From Centroscyllium fabricii (lineage: Eukaryota), in contig JBNRSN020000017.1 of the NCBI GenBank assembly GCA_051313645.2, positions 19,902,001 to 19,966,000 of the forward strand: a DNA stretch of 64,000 bases, given 5' to 3'. Shown in pieces: positions 25,157 through 38,173 of this stretch. The position numbers and the translations under genes are program-made. The notes under the pieces are model-generated. The model made no database searches. It was not told where the DNA came from and saw only the letters and a list, made by a program, of their open reading frames with translations. Numbering within the stretch: the stretch's first letter is position 1; each line of letters starts with the position of its first letter.

Positions 25157-26007
25157 ATTGTAAAAGATTTTTTTTTAAAGTATAACCGATGTTCCAGTGT
25201 TTTTTAAACTATTAGAAACAAACAATGTAAGGCACACCTGGTAGAAAGGTCATAAATTAGTCAGCCTTAGGCCTATTTGAACTCCTTATGCTGCAGAAAA
25301 AAATAAATGAATGCCTTTTGTTCTTGCTGAGGATAGCTAAAACATCACGAGAGTTAGTTTCTCACTATTGTATTTCAAGTTTATTCCAAGGTTTCCTCTC
25401 AGGAACCAGCTGCTTTTGGCATATTTGTATTCTACAGACAACATAAAAAGCAGGCCTTTACTGGCCATAAACCCAATCAAAGTATTTACTGTTCACCATC
25501 CAATCACGGTTGACAAAGCTGTTGGCAGCAGCTATTACTTTCACTGTAAAACATGTCCTAATCTAGCACAGCTAGGAAAGACATAATAAAAAGGCCTTCA
25601 ACAAAAGTTACCAAACTGAAGCTTTATCAACACCTTTTCATAAGACCTACTGTCACTACCATCACCACTGCTATTGCTACTATCGCCACCACCACTACTG
25701 CTGACATTTACAAACAGAAGCCAATAAATTTAAGCTTATAATATACAATAGATATTTTTGTTTTCCTGAGCCAATCTGAATTGGCGATGGACTTCCTTTC
25801 CAATTTAAACAACTGTGTAATATTAACTGCTATTTTAAAAATAAGCCTCGACCTCTCTGAACTCAAAATAGAAGTGTTTGTGCAGTGGCTCCAGAAACAG
25901 AAAGATCTGGGACACAGGCTGAGTGCATGGATTGTTAGCAACTCTTATGCTGTTGCAGCTTGGGTTGTGATTATACTATTGATATGCAGCCAGCAGAACC
26001 AGAGTTA

Positions 26008-27190
26008 TACAACAACTTGCATTTATATAGCGCCTTCAAAGTAGAAAAACGTCCCAGTGTTTCACAGAGGTGTAATCAGATAAAAATGGACACCGAGCCA
26101 AGAGAGATATCAGGAGGGGTGACTGATAGCTTGGTCAAACAGGTGTTTTTTTGGGGGTTTTTTTTATTCGTTGATGGGATGTGGGCATCGCTGGCTGGCT
26201 AGGCCTGCATTTAATGCCCATCCCTAATTGCCCTTGAGAAGATGGTGGTGAGCAGCCTTCTTAAACCGCCGCAGTCCACATGGTGTAGGTACACCCACAA
26301 TGTTGCGCAGCAGTTGTTTACAACTGAGTGGCTTGCTCGGCCATTTCAGAGGGCATTAAGAGTCAACCACATTGCTGTGGGTCTGGAGTCACATGTAGGC
26401 CAGACCAGGTAAGGACAGCAGATTTCCTTCCCTAAAGGACATTAGTGAACCAGATGAGTTTTTGCAACAATTGACAATAGTATCATGGTCGCCATTACTA
26501 AGACTAACATTTAATTCCAGAATTAAATTGAATTGAATTTAAATTCCACCAGCTGCCATGGTGGGATTTGAACCCATATCCTCAGAGCATTTGACTGAGC
26601 CTCTGGCTCACTAGTCTAGTGACACAACCACTACGCCAGCGCCTCCCCTTGAAGAAACGTCTTAAAAGGAGAGGGAAGTAGGGAGAGGCAGAGTGGTTTT
26701 GGGAGGGAATTTCAGAGCATAAGGGCATCGACAGCTGAATGCACAGCTACCAATGTGGGGGATGCAAAAAAAGCAAGAATTGGAGCAATGCAGAGTTCGG
26801 AGGGTTGCAAGACTGGAGGAGGTTAAGCGATAGGAAGGGGCAAGGCCATGAAGGGGATTTAAACACAAAGATGAGAATTTAAATCTGAGGCGTGGGCAGG
26901 GGAGCCAATGTAGTTCAGAGTTTTGGATGAGCTGAAATTTAGAATGTGGAAAATGGGAGGCTGGTCAGGACAGCATTGGAATAGTCAAGACTTGAGGTAC
27001 CAAAGCCATGGATGAGGATTTGAGCAGCAGAAGGGTTGAGGCAGGGGCAAAGATGAGCAATATTGTAGAGGTGGAAATAGATGGTCTAAATGATTGAGCG
27101 CATATGATGTTGGAGGCTCAGCTCGGGGTCAGACAATCTGGTTCAACCCGAGATAGTGGCCAAGGAGAGGATGGGAATCGGTGGCAAGGG
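26008..27190 (-). mobile_element. L2-type LINE fragment with a nested tRNA-headed SINE (~26160-26648)
   Basis: L2-like tail caacaacttgcatttatatagcgcc. The nested element has a box B (gggttcaaatccc on minus) and is homologous to 36430-36990. Confidence 0.65.
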
Positions 27191-27224
27191 TACAGAGCTC
27201 AACTCCCAGGCAAGACATTTTAAA

Positions 27225-27306
27225 TAACAGAAAATGCCGGAAATGCTTAGCAGGCCAGAGGCAGCATACATGGAGAGAGAAAAACAGAGTTAACATTTCA
27301 GGTCAA
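27225..27306 (-). mobile_element. Penelope family B fragment
   Basis: Homology to 11880-11965. Confidence 0.55.
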
Positions 27307-27561
27307 ATACACTTTAAATGTTTTGAAAGTTTTAAAAGTAAGCCTTGACCTCTCTGAACTCAAAATGGAAGTGTTTGTGCAGTGGCTCTATAAACAGAAA
27401 GGTCTGGGACACAGGCTGAGTGCATGGATTGTTAGCAACTCTTATGTCGGGAACCGACTCTGGAGTTATACTGTCATTTTTGCAACACTTTGAAGGGGAA
27501 ATCGCTTTGCAGCAACACAAAATTGTCCACATCACTGCACCCTTAATACATGTGCATGGTA

Positions 27562-27850
27562 GTTCCTGGGACTAGGGACAGGGTCACTGGCAAGGCTTGG
27601 AAGCTAAGCAGAGCCAGGCCTGGTTAGTACTTGGATGGGTGACCACCAGGGAATACCAGGTGCAGAAGGTCACGAAAGGAGCCCCGGGGAGGGGCATTTG
27701 GCTGAAGATTGTCGGAATGATGGAAAGATGGAATGGTGGCGCGCACAGACGCAGCGGCTTTGCTGGACTCTTGGGAGCTTGCAAGATCACATTTCGTTGT
27801 TCATGTACTTGTACATTGTATAATGACAATAAAGTTGAATTATTATTATA
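27562..27850 (+). mobile_element. 5S rRNA-derived composite SINE, copy A
   Basis: 27599-27669 matches 5S nt ~47-117 (box A AGCTAAGCAG, box C GTACTTGGATGGG); Rex1-like tail aatgacaataaagttga(att)n. Confidence 0.88.
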
Positions 27851-28889
27851 GCAGGCGGCAGTCTCTCTCAAAATATTTAAATAAGCTTTTCAACTGTCAA
27901 GGAGGTCCAATGAACCACTTGAGCACTAAACTTGGCTTGACAGTGCACTGAAATTATATTCAATATGGGGCCATGCCCAGGCAATGAGAGATGGGTATCC
28001 TAGGGGTTTCATGCTGTTGCACACATGCCAGGTCGGGAACCGACTCTGGAGTTATACTGTCATTTTTGCAACACTTTGAAGGGGAAATCGCTTTGCAACA
28101 ACACAAAATTGTCCGCATCACTGCACCCTTAATACATGTGCATGGTAGTTCTTGTATTGAACCTCTAACCTGAGTAGCAGTATGACCATCTTTATACAAA
28201 GTGTAACAAATTCCCTGTGGAAAGGTTATTAAAAAAGTTGCAAAGGAAGTTAATATATTTTTCATGTACAAAACAGTACTTTTGGAAATCCAATATACAC
28301 AAGCTATCCAAAACAAATTTAGTTATTTTATTCAGTTGGGTTTTTAATTTTCATACCTTATGATGGCTGTGTCATTTTGAAACTATAGCCTTTTCATCAC
28401 AATGAATATTGCAAAATTACATTGCGACTTAGTGGCTGAATCAAAAGATGGATTATAATCAAATAGACACTGACAGAAAGACTTGTCCTATATCATAGGA
28501 CTATAAATGGCATTGCTCTCACGACAGACAGCAGAATTGTTAGTGAAGACAGAGCACAACCTATAAAATCACAATGTTTCGCATTGTTTAAGGATTTATA
28601 TAGCGCTTATTACGTAGTAAAACGTCTCGAGGCGCTTCACAGGAGTATTAAAAGACAAAAAATTAACAGCTCAACAGGGTATTTTGAAGCATACTATCTC
28701 AAGTATTAGCGGCCAATGCAATCTCAGATGTTCCTGGGATCCTTGATTAAAAAAAGTCCTTTTCATAAGATGTTATTTAGTTTCTTTCCTTCCCCCCCCC
28801 CATTTTTCAAAGGCAAATTTGGCCAGTTAATGATAATGATTCCATGTGTTCAAATAAAAGCTTAAAATGCACTAAAATGAAAATATATA

Positions 28890-29367
28890 CAGGTTGAGCA
28901 CCGGTAATCCGGTAACCCAAAAGCCGGCAACTTCAGTCGTCCGGCATAAATCGCCCCGACTGCCCTGCGCATGCGCAATATGGCCGCCACGATTGATGCT
29001 TCGGCGCATGATCTGCGCGTGCGCCACCGAATGCCGAGCGCATGCGCAGATCATTCAAAAAGGGCCGCCGGACGAGCCGGGCCTCCCGTGACGTCAGGGC
29101 GCGGCAGCCGCGCTTTTAATGTGCGGGTCCCGAGCGCCCGCTATGGTGAAGCGCGCGGTTCCCCGGAGCAGCCTACAGGCCGTCATCAGGAGGCACAAAC
29201 CGCAGCGGGGACTCAGCAAGGACGTTCGGCGGCCATTTCCAATGTTGTGCGCATGCGCGCGACCATTTTGAATGGTGCGCGCACTGGCCGGCTTCATTCT
29301 ACCGGTTTTTTCGCTCTACCGGCGTGGGCCTAGTCCCACCCGTGCCGGTAGAACGGGGCTCAACCTG
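28890..29367. mobile_element. Tigger-type MITE, copy 3
   Basis: TA|CAGGTTGAGC...GCTCAACCTG|TA; both ends closely match copy 1. Confidence 0.9.
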
Positions 29368-29620
29368 TATTGATAACTGAAGTATCAGCCGCACAAACGC
29401 AAGTAAATAATAGGCAGCTGCCAAAGACATCTGCCAGTCAAGATGACCACAGAAGTTCCTAAGGGAATGAAATCTCCTACTTTAATGTAGGACTGGGTGG
29501 CAAAATTGGTTAAAGCATGGCGGCCCTTTCAATACTCCATTTGTGTTAGTTTCCAAAGGTAATGTTGTTTGGAGAGCCTAGATGCAAGAACGGAAAAGCC
29601 AAATTAAGAGGGAAAAAAAG

Positions 29621-29945
29621 CAAGAATTGTATTTCTATCACACCTTTTCACAACCTCAGGATGTCCCAAAGCGCTTTACGGCCAATGAAGTACTTTCTGA
29701 AGTGTAGTCACTGTTGTAATGTTGGTAAACGCAGCAACCAGTTTCCACACAGCAAACTCCCACAAACAGCAATGTGATAATGACCAGATAATCTGTTTCA
29801 ATGATGTTGGTTGAGGGATAAATATTGGCCAGGCCGCCGGGGCTAACTCCCCTGCTCTTCTTCGAAATAGTGGCCGTGGGATCTTTAACATCCACTTGAA
29901 AGAGCAGATGGGGCATCGGTTTAACTTCTCATCCGAAAGACGGAT
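29621..29945 (-). mobile_element. Deu-domain SINE (SacSINE1/AmnSINE1-like) with an L2-like tail
   Basis: Contains ...gagggataaatattggccagg...aactcccctgctcttcttcgaaatagt...tcatccgaaagacgg motifs typical of the Deu domain. Confidence 0.65.
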
Positions 29946-31095
29946 CTGAAGAATTATGTCCTTTTTGTTCGGCAGCAAGTGATTAACCAGACAACTCAGA
30001 ACTGCTCAGGACATTATCAAAACTAACAAATGGATGAATCATTTGCATTTTTCCCCAGTAATGTCAAATTTGAAGAGTTTAAACAGAGCACTCTTCACAT
30101 ACAATAGAAAGTTTTCCAGGAATGGCTCACATTTTCAAATAAAATAGAACTGAGGAAATATGCAGCCTGTTGCCATGCTGCCTACTGCCAAGTGGGCAGT
30201 TTGTTTACCACAGAACAATACCCCTTGAAAGCAAAACACAATGAGCAAGTGTCAACACTGCCAATATCTTAATGATGCCTGCAACCTCAAGCATAATAGC
30301 AAAAATACTGTCAAACCTCGACAATCATCCATGCTAACTGTGTAGTCAAACTAGGGCACCTCAGCCAAAATATTTACAATGCACAAATGCAAGATGAAGT
30401 CTACTCTAGTAATACTGTCATTTCTCAAATGTGTTTGCATTAAAATGAAAGGAACACTGCAAGTTGTTCAAATTCATAGAGAATAGTTCTGATCACAATT
30501 TAAAAAGACAGCCTCGCATATACTTGTGTTCAAAAAGACAATTCTATCGGCTGTTATGCTGTTGATTGTAGTGGATTGTAATTGACTACAAAGCACTAGT
30601 TGTATTATCCTTAAACAACAGGTCACACTAATGGAGCTGTTGCTATAAATAGGCTCAGAAATAGTATTCAGTAGTCTAGCTGCCCGTTAGGCTATATAAC
30701 TCACTTTTCTTTATTTAACCAGTACACTGAATGACACTCACTGGAAGGAGACACTGTGGGACACACTCACTGGGAGGAGACACACTAGGAGGAGGTCGGG
30801 GCCCAGGGGCAGGGTCGGGGCCCAGGAGTAGCACAGCGTGGACCAGCAGCGGGGTCGGGAGGACCACAATGCAGCCTATGAAACCCAGGTAGAGAGGACC
30901 TGCAGGAAGGAGGGAGGAGGACAGTAGGAGTATGTTTGTGTGTGTGTGTGTGCTGGGCCGAAGGAGCAGAGCCTGGTCTCCAATCATCTTGGATCCCCTC
31001 GCCATTGGACCAAGATCTTGCTCTGTCAAGCCCATGTGGTAAAATTCACAGAACATCTATAGTCCAGTTACTGATTTAATTATTTTAAAACCGCT

Positions 31096-31552
31096 TCATA
31101 GAATCATAGAAGATAGGAGCAGGAGTAGGCCATTCAGCCCTTCGAGCCTGCTCCGCCATTCAATGAGATCATGGCTGACCTTTAGTAAGCTAGTACCCCG
31201 TCCCCGCCTTTTCTCCGTAACCTTTAATCCCTTTAGCTTGAAGAAATATATCTAATTCCCTCTTGAATATGTTTAATGAACTGGCCTCCACCGCCCTCTG
31301 TGGCAAGGAATTCCACAGGCCCACCACTCTCTGAGTGAAGAAATTCTTCCTCATGTCTGTCCTAAATGGCTTACCCCTTATTCTTAGACCGTGGCCCCTG
31401 GTTCTGGACTCCCCCGCCATTGGAAACATTCTCTCTGAATCTAACCTGTCCAGACCTTTCAGAATTTTATACGTCTCAATGAGATCGCCTCTCAATCTTC
31501 TAAACTCCAACGAGTACAAGCCCAGACTACATAATCTCTCCTCGTAGGTCAT
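31096..31552 (-). mobile_element. Young CR1 (HER1-like) 3' fragment
   Basis: Open ORF2 C-terminus (YSLEFRRLRGDLIE...); near-identical to the 47173 and 56101 copies. Confidence 0.93.
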
Positions 31553-33018
31553 TCTTGTGACAGACTTCTAAATTATACATCAGTTTTTACAGTATACTCT
31601 TAAAAATGAATAATGTGGCCTAAACTAATTTATTTACACTAAGCTGCAAACATAATTTAGTGTTCAATGGAGCGGTGCAGTATGCATGCAATGAAAAGAC
31701 AAACAGCTGCTGGGTAAAAAAAACTTGCCTTCGGTCCGGCAACGTGTGCTCCCACAGCATCATCTCTTGCTCCCTTACTAAATTAGGTGCAATATTAACA
31801 TAGAACACAGGGACCAAAAAACAGCTCATTCATCAGCAGCAATCAGATAACATGCTGTTGGGCAGGCAAATCAGCTGCCCATACTTGGAAATGCTGCCAT
31901 GCACCCAAGAGAACATCAGACCATATTTGTGTACAGGAGAACCCTGGAAATATCTCTCGTGGGAGCATGAGAACTAATAAAGGTTTACTGAAAATAAAAA
32001 TCAAGATAGAAATGAGAGTACTTGTATTTTAAAACTCCGACAAGTATTTGAAGAGAGATAATTGTAAAAGAACTTTAATAGAGCAAAAAAGCATTTAAAA
32101 TGGCTTTTTTTTTTAAAAAATTAAGCACAGCATGGGGTGGCTCTCAGCTTTGAAGACCAAGGCCCCAGATTCACAATCTAGTCTAAGCTAGCTTAGCAGA
32201 CCTCTGCCAAGGCAGCGAAAAGGCTACTGTAATTGTTCCTAGGCTAGGGAGGGGGAAAGAGGGCAGTGTTCCTGGGCTGGGGAGGAGTAAGGGATGAGGT
32301 TGAATGGGAAAAGAAAAAAAGAAAGTCAGGCAGCGATCCGGTTCCTGACTTCCAGACTGTGACCTCTCCTCGAACATTTTAGAGCATGGAATTAGGAGAC
32401 CAGGATTCAACCGTGATGCCTTCCACAAATCAGAACGCTTGCCAACGCCCATCATTTAGCCTCATATATGAAGAATGGTCAATGTTCAAGGTAGAAGAGT
32501 GCTGATGCTCATGTAACTATGGCAATTTTAACCTAACCCGCCCATCGGGAAACAGTGCGAGAAAATGCTTTCAATCATGAATCTATACTAGTAGATCGGC
32601 AAGTTTGATACAGGATAAGACAGAGCTCAAAACAATAGCAATTAGTGTGGAGAAATTGAGCAAGGCATCACCAATGTAGAATTGTCCACTTTGTAAAAAT
32701 TAGTTACCTCAGAAATATTGCAACTTGCCATTTATATGTATGAAACTTATTTTAATGGAAGTAAACAATTAAGGAAAATATTTACATTTCAGGAGCAGTT
32801 TTATGCTGTTCCAATGAACTCAAACTTCTCCAAAAATGTTTCTTGACTAAATTTCTGTTACTTGTCTAATCAAATTCTGTCTGGATTTGCTTAGCATGCT
32901 CTGGTTGCCTAAAACAAGTCAACTGATCCCATGACTCCAGTCACAAGATACATTAATTCACTTCATGCAGCAGCATGGAAATAATCTGTTTATCATACTG
33001 TGGCCACAACATCATCTA

Positions 33019-33404
33019 GGGCGGCACGGTGGCATAGTGGTTAGCACTGTTGCCTTACAGCACTGGAGACCCGGGTTCAAATCCAGCCTCGGGTACTATC
33101 TGTGTGGAGTTTGCACATTCTCCCCGTGTCTGCGTGGGTTTCCTCCGGGTGCTCCGGTTTCCTCCCACAGTCCAAAGATGTGCGGGTTAGGTTGATTGGC
33201 CAGGATAAATTGACCCTTAGTGTTAGGGGGATTGAATATGTGGGGTTACGGGGATAGGGTGGGATATGTGTCGGTGCAGGCTCGATAGGGATATGGGGAG
33301 AGGGCAGGGACGGGTTTTGGTTGATCAGCCATGATCTCATTGAATGGCGGAGCAGGCTCGAAGGGCCGAATGGCCTACTCCTGCTACAATCTTCTATGTT
33401 TCTA
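33019..33404 (+). mobile_element. HE1-like V-SINE
   Basis: Full-length family match. Confidence 0.92.
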
Positions 33405-33494
33405 TATTACTCAGATAGATGTGTCGCCATAAACTCCACCACTCTGGTCTATTCACTTTGAGGTCCTACAAATCTTGTTTAAAGTTTGTTTAAC

Positions 33495-34003
33495 CGTCGG
33501 GACCAGGCCAGTGCCGGACTAGTGAAAAATCGAAACAACTGAAGGCTTGGCGAGTGCATGCGCAGACCATTCAAAAATGGCCGCCGCGCATGCGCAGACC
33601 ATTCAAAAATGGCCGCCGCGCATGCGCAGACCATTCAAAAATGGCCGCCGCGCATGCGCAGACCATTCAAAAATGGCCGCCGCGCATGCGCAGACCATTC
33701 AAAATGGCCACCACGCATGCGCAGACCATTCAAAATGGCCACCACGCATGCGCAGACCATTCAAAATGGCCACCACGCATGCGCAGACCATTCAAAATGG
33801 CCACCACGCATGCGCAGACCATTCAAAATGGCCACCACGCATGCGCAGACCATTTAAAATGGCCACTGCGAATATGCAGACCAGTCATGGAGAGGCCTGC
33901 GCATTGCGAGCGTCCCTGGGATCATGTGGGCCGGCCAGACGGATTCATGCTGGACCACTGAAGTTGCCGGACCATCGGTCCCGGATTAACGGTGCACAAC
34001 CTG
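33495..34003. mobile_element. Tigger-type MITE, copy 4, left end lost, with an internal 10-unit 31/32-bp tandem array (33556-33869)
   Basis: Right TIR GGTGCACAACCTG; units gcatgcgcagaccattcaaaa(a)tggcc(g/a)cc(g/a)c. Confidence 0.85.
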
Positions 34004-34443
34004 CATACCCTATATGAGCAGTCACTTCAAACAAATTTGAAGTATAATTACATCACAAACCAAGCTCAGTTAGAAATGCTGTTAAGGAGATATTTTAATG
34101 CGTCTTTGCAGCATTTAAACTTCAAGACTGAGGAACAACTGACTTAATTGCCAATAAAAGATACTGATCCAATAGCAAAACTAAATGTCATGTCAATGGG
34201 TCAACATTCAGTTTGAAACCCTACAACCCAGGAAAAACACCAGCATCTAAAAACCCTACTTGATATTTCATAGATGCTACATACTGTGTATAATTAGTTA
34301 TGGTTGGACTGTCAGTGGAAAGCACCCAAGGCAGGGCACTTCCCCAGAGTCAGGGAGAATAGATCAAAATCAGCACAAAGCACTCTCGGCACATCCCAGA
34401 GATTGTTATAGAACAGTAATGACCCTCATGATCAGGATAGCTG

Positions 34444-35974
34444 GCAAGATGGCAGCGCGCATAGACGCAGCGGCTTTGCGTCTCCCAAGAAGATGATGTC
34501 CGCTGGACCCCGTACTGGTTCTGAAGTGGACGGCGGGGTCGGCGTGGTAGATCACCGGGATCTTTGTGATCTTTTGATCGGAGCACCGGGGTTGACGCAC
34601 CGAAGACGTCGTGCACAACGCATCGGGGCCGGAGCGTGGCCGGGCGCCGGTAACAACGAGGCCGTCGTGGCCGGAGCCTGCGTAGCCTGAGCATCGGGGC
34701 TGGAGCATCGGGGCCGTCGTGGCCGAGCAGCGGGAGCATCAGGGCCTGCGTGGCCCGAGCGTCGTGGCCGGAGCATCAGGGCCGGGAGCATCGGGCCTGC
34801 GTGGACTAAGCGTCGGGGCCCGGAGCATCGGGACCTGAGCATCGGGCCGTCATGGCCGGAGCTTCGGGGCCGTGAGCTTCGGGGCCGGGAGCTTCGGGGC
34901 CCGGAGCATCGGGGCCTGCGTGGCCTGAGCATCGGGCTGTCATGGTCGGAGCTTCGGGACCGTGAGCTTCGGGGCCATCGTGTCGGGCCTGGGAGCTTCG
35001 CGGCTGTGAGCTTCGAGGCCGTCGTGGCCGGAGCCTGACCTGGGCATCGGGGCCGTCGTGGCCGGAGCGCGGGGGCCATTATGGACCAGACTGGGACTTA
35101 TAGGAGAGGACATTTTAATATCTGTATTGTTTCTTGGGAGATTGCATGTGTGCATTTTGTTGTATTGTGTTTGTTCACTTTACAATGACAATGGCCCAGA
35201 AATTGCAGTGGAGCCTTCGTGCAGGTGCAGTACCTGCTTAACGCACTTGAACTGCCCATATTCAGGTTTGCTTTTTTGCACTCAGGAATTGCAGTTAGCC
35301 CAGCTTGTCAGAGCTCCGTGTGAGCTTCATGGTCATCTGAAGGGCGTAATTAGTGCGAGATGGCTTTTGAGACCACCTGATTGGCAGGGAGCCAATCAGT
35401 GGAGCCAATTCTCTGTTCAAAACTTCCACTGAGAAATCTGTGCAAGTTCTGAAAGGAGAGATTGCCCAAAAGACATCTAAACTCAAAAATAAAATTTTAC
35501 AAACACCACATTTTTTTAACATTACCCCAACTAACACAAATAACCTATTTTAAAGAAAAAATAAAAATTTACAGAAAACTTTTTCAACTTCCAACAGGTC
35601 TAAAAAAATACTTACCTGTCTTTAAAGTTATCAACAATTAAAAACCTGAAAAAACAACAATTAAAATCAATAAAATACACACTTACCAGATAAAAACGGA
35701 TACTCACAACTGCTTTTTCCCAGCAAATATCCGTAGAAAAAGTTTTTTTTTTTTTTTTTTTTATAAATCGGAATGACTGGACGCAACCCTAGTTCACTGC
35801 TTCCTGCGCTAGACCTTGCAGGAACTCCAACCCCCCCGCTAGCCAGCATAGGAAAACCCGAAGCAGCGCAAACGGCTGCTTCCTGCGGGTTTAAGCTCTG
35901 GTGCGCTCGCACCACAGTTTAAACCTGATATGGGCAGACTGCAATTTCTGGCCCATTGAATTGAATTGAATTGA
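34444..35974 (+). mobile_element. Non-coding bipartite Rex1-type retroposon with GC-rich internal repeats
   Basis: Starts gcaagatggcagcgcgcatagacgcagcggctttgc; degenerate gagcatcggggcc repeats at 34620-35070; tail caatgacaat...(ttgaa)n; TSD AGCTG. Confidence 0.7.
35193..35954. mobile_element. Harbinger-type MITE nested in the retroposon tail
   Basis: TIRs GGCCCAGAAATTGCAGT / ACTGCAATTTCTGGCCC. Confidence 0.8.
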
Positions 35975-36167
35975 AGCTGTCCACCTTCCCAGCCAAGGAG
36001 CTCAATACAGTATGTTTCATTTAATAAGATTCTACGCTTGAATAAGATTCAAATCTATTCCATTATTTCAAAAAAAGCCGTCATCAGCCAAGACTTCCCA
36101 CTCTACCCTATGGAGAATAATTAGATTAAAAAGTCTAATATATGGGTACGATAGTGTAATGGTTAAT

Positions 36168-36422
36168 AGTCCAAAGATGTGCGGGTTAGGTTGATTGGCC
36201 ATGATGGGTTGGCCCTTAGTGTTGGGGGGTTTGAGTGTGTGGGGTTGCGGGGGTGGGGTGGGATGCGTGTCGGTGGGGGCTCGGTGGGGATCGAGGGATA
36301 TGGGGAGAGGGCAGGGGCGGGGTACTGGGTTTGGATGATCAGCCATGATCTCATTGAATGGCGGAGCAGGCTCGAAGGGCCGAATGGCCTACTCCTGCTC
36401 CTAGTTTCTATGTCTATGTTAT
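36168..36422 (+). mobile_element. 5'-truncated HE1-like SINE variant
   Basis: End of the V domain plus CR1 tail. Confidence 0.85.
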
Positions 36423-36429
36423 GTTACTG

Positions 36430-36659
36430 AACAAGTAATCGACAGGCCAGGACTAATAATTCATGGAATGAGAGTTCAAATTCCACCATGGCATTTTGAG
36501 AATTTGGATTAAATAAAATCTGGAAATAAAAAGTGACCATGAAGCTATCGGTTATAAAAACCCAACTGGTTCACTAATGTCCTTTAGAGAAGGAAAGCTT
36601 CAGTCCTTACCCGATCTGGCCTATATGCGGCTCCAGTCCCACAGCAATGTGATGGACTC

Positions 36660-36694
<35 letters not shown>

Positions 36695-36990
36695 TCAACT
36701 TTATTGTCATTGTACAATGTACAAGTACATGAACAACGAAATGTGATCTCGCCATTCCATCTTTCCATCATTCTGACAATCTTCAGCCAACCGCCCCTCC
36801 CCGGGGCTCCTTTCGTGACCTTCTGCACCTGGTATTCCCTGGTAACTGCCCTCTGAAGCGGATTAGCAATCCATTCATTTGCATCAAACCACTTAAGGCG
36901 GCTCACCGCTACCTTCTCCGGGCTACTGGGGTGGGCAATAAATATCAGACATGCCAGCAACGCCCACATCCCCAGAAAGAATTTTTTTTT
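36430..36990 (+). mobile_element. tRNA-headed shark SINE, host of 5S-SINE copy C
   Basis: gagttcaaattcc box B; homologous to 26160-26648. Confidence 0.65.
36661..36843 (-). mobile_element. 5S-derived composite SINE, copy C (5'-truncated, internal deletion)
   Basis: (taa)n tail; reverse match to 51383-51598, lacking ~40 nt. Confidence 0.85.
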
Positions 36991-38173
36991 AAATTATGTC
37001 AAGTTCCATCTAAGTTTCTTCAAATTAATCTTATTTACCGCTTTACTTTAAGCTTTGGTCACAGTTCAGTTTATTTTTTTTTAAATGAAGGGGACTGGCA
37101 GATGGATCACTGTTTTATGGGGCAAAAATGTATTTGCTGCAAGGTGAAAATGTGACTTAAAAAGAGGACACAAGAATCAAAATCGATCTGGTCAATGTTC
37201 ATGTGCAAACTACAATCTCACACTCCAACCCTTTGGTATCCTGCGGGTGTAATGCACAAAACACTATCTAAAGATTCACATCACAGCTGCTGCTGTTGGG
37301 CATAAACTGCTCTGCAAGTTACAACAGTTCAAATATTTGAAGAATAAGCAGTCTGGCTACAGAAATTATTTATGTCATTACTTCAAGGCATATTTTGCTT
37401 TCAGGTGAAACACAGAGTACCTATTATCACCGTGAACTTAGAGCAGCATAATAAACACTTGCTCAGATCCAGTTAACCTGATCACAGCTAGTATTAATGC
37501 AGCTTATGACAAAATTAATATATTTGACAAATAAAGATTAATGGAGACTGGGAGAGAGCGTCAACACTGCATTTTAATCAATAAGCTCCAATATCAAACT
37601 GCTAAAATGAAGCTCAACTGGCTTAATGTCTGAATTAACTAGACTACAAAAGATAATGAGAGACTTGTGGCTTGTTTCCGTTGATTTATACCTCAAATAT
37701 CTTGAGGTTGCACACTTGGACTTCTTCTCATTTCAGATGCTGATCAACCTGCTGTGATTTTCAAGGAGTTTCTGATTCTACCGAAACTGAATTACTTCCT
37801 CATCTCCCTTCCAGCTCTGATAATTATAGATAGCATTTTATCTTAGCACTCAATATTAAAAGGATTTCATGTAAATTATCTTAGTCTGTTAAAACAAACA
37901 CCTGATCTGTTGAATCCTGCGATGACTTTCCAAAAGAGGGTAAAAAAATATATGCAAGAGAAACACCAGAAGAATACCATCACGTGACAGGCGGTACAAC
38001 TTTGGGACCATTCCTTTCCCCCAGCAATTTAAGTAACTAACAATGGAAAGCAGGGTACAGCAAAAAAAAGCAGCAGTCTAATGGAAGAGTTCAGACTACA
38101 GCATGAACCATCAGAGTGAAGCTAAAACAGCTTACAACAGCTATCTGTACCCAGAGATGAGAGATAACCTTAA

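Noticed and set aside
27599-27669. Functional 5S rRNA gene
   Set aside because: Lacks the 5' 46 nt and the oligo-T terminator, and is embedded in a repeated retroposon.
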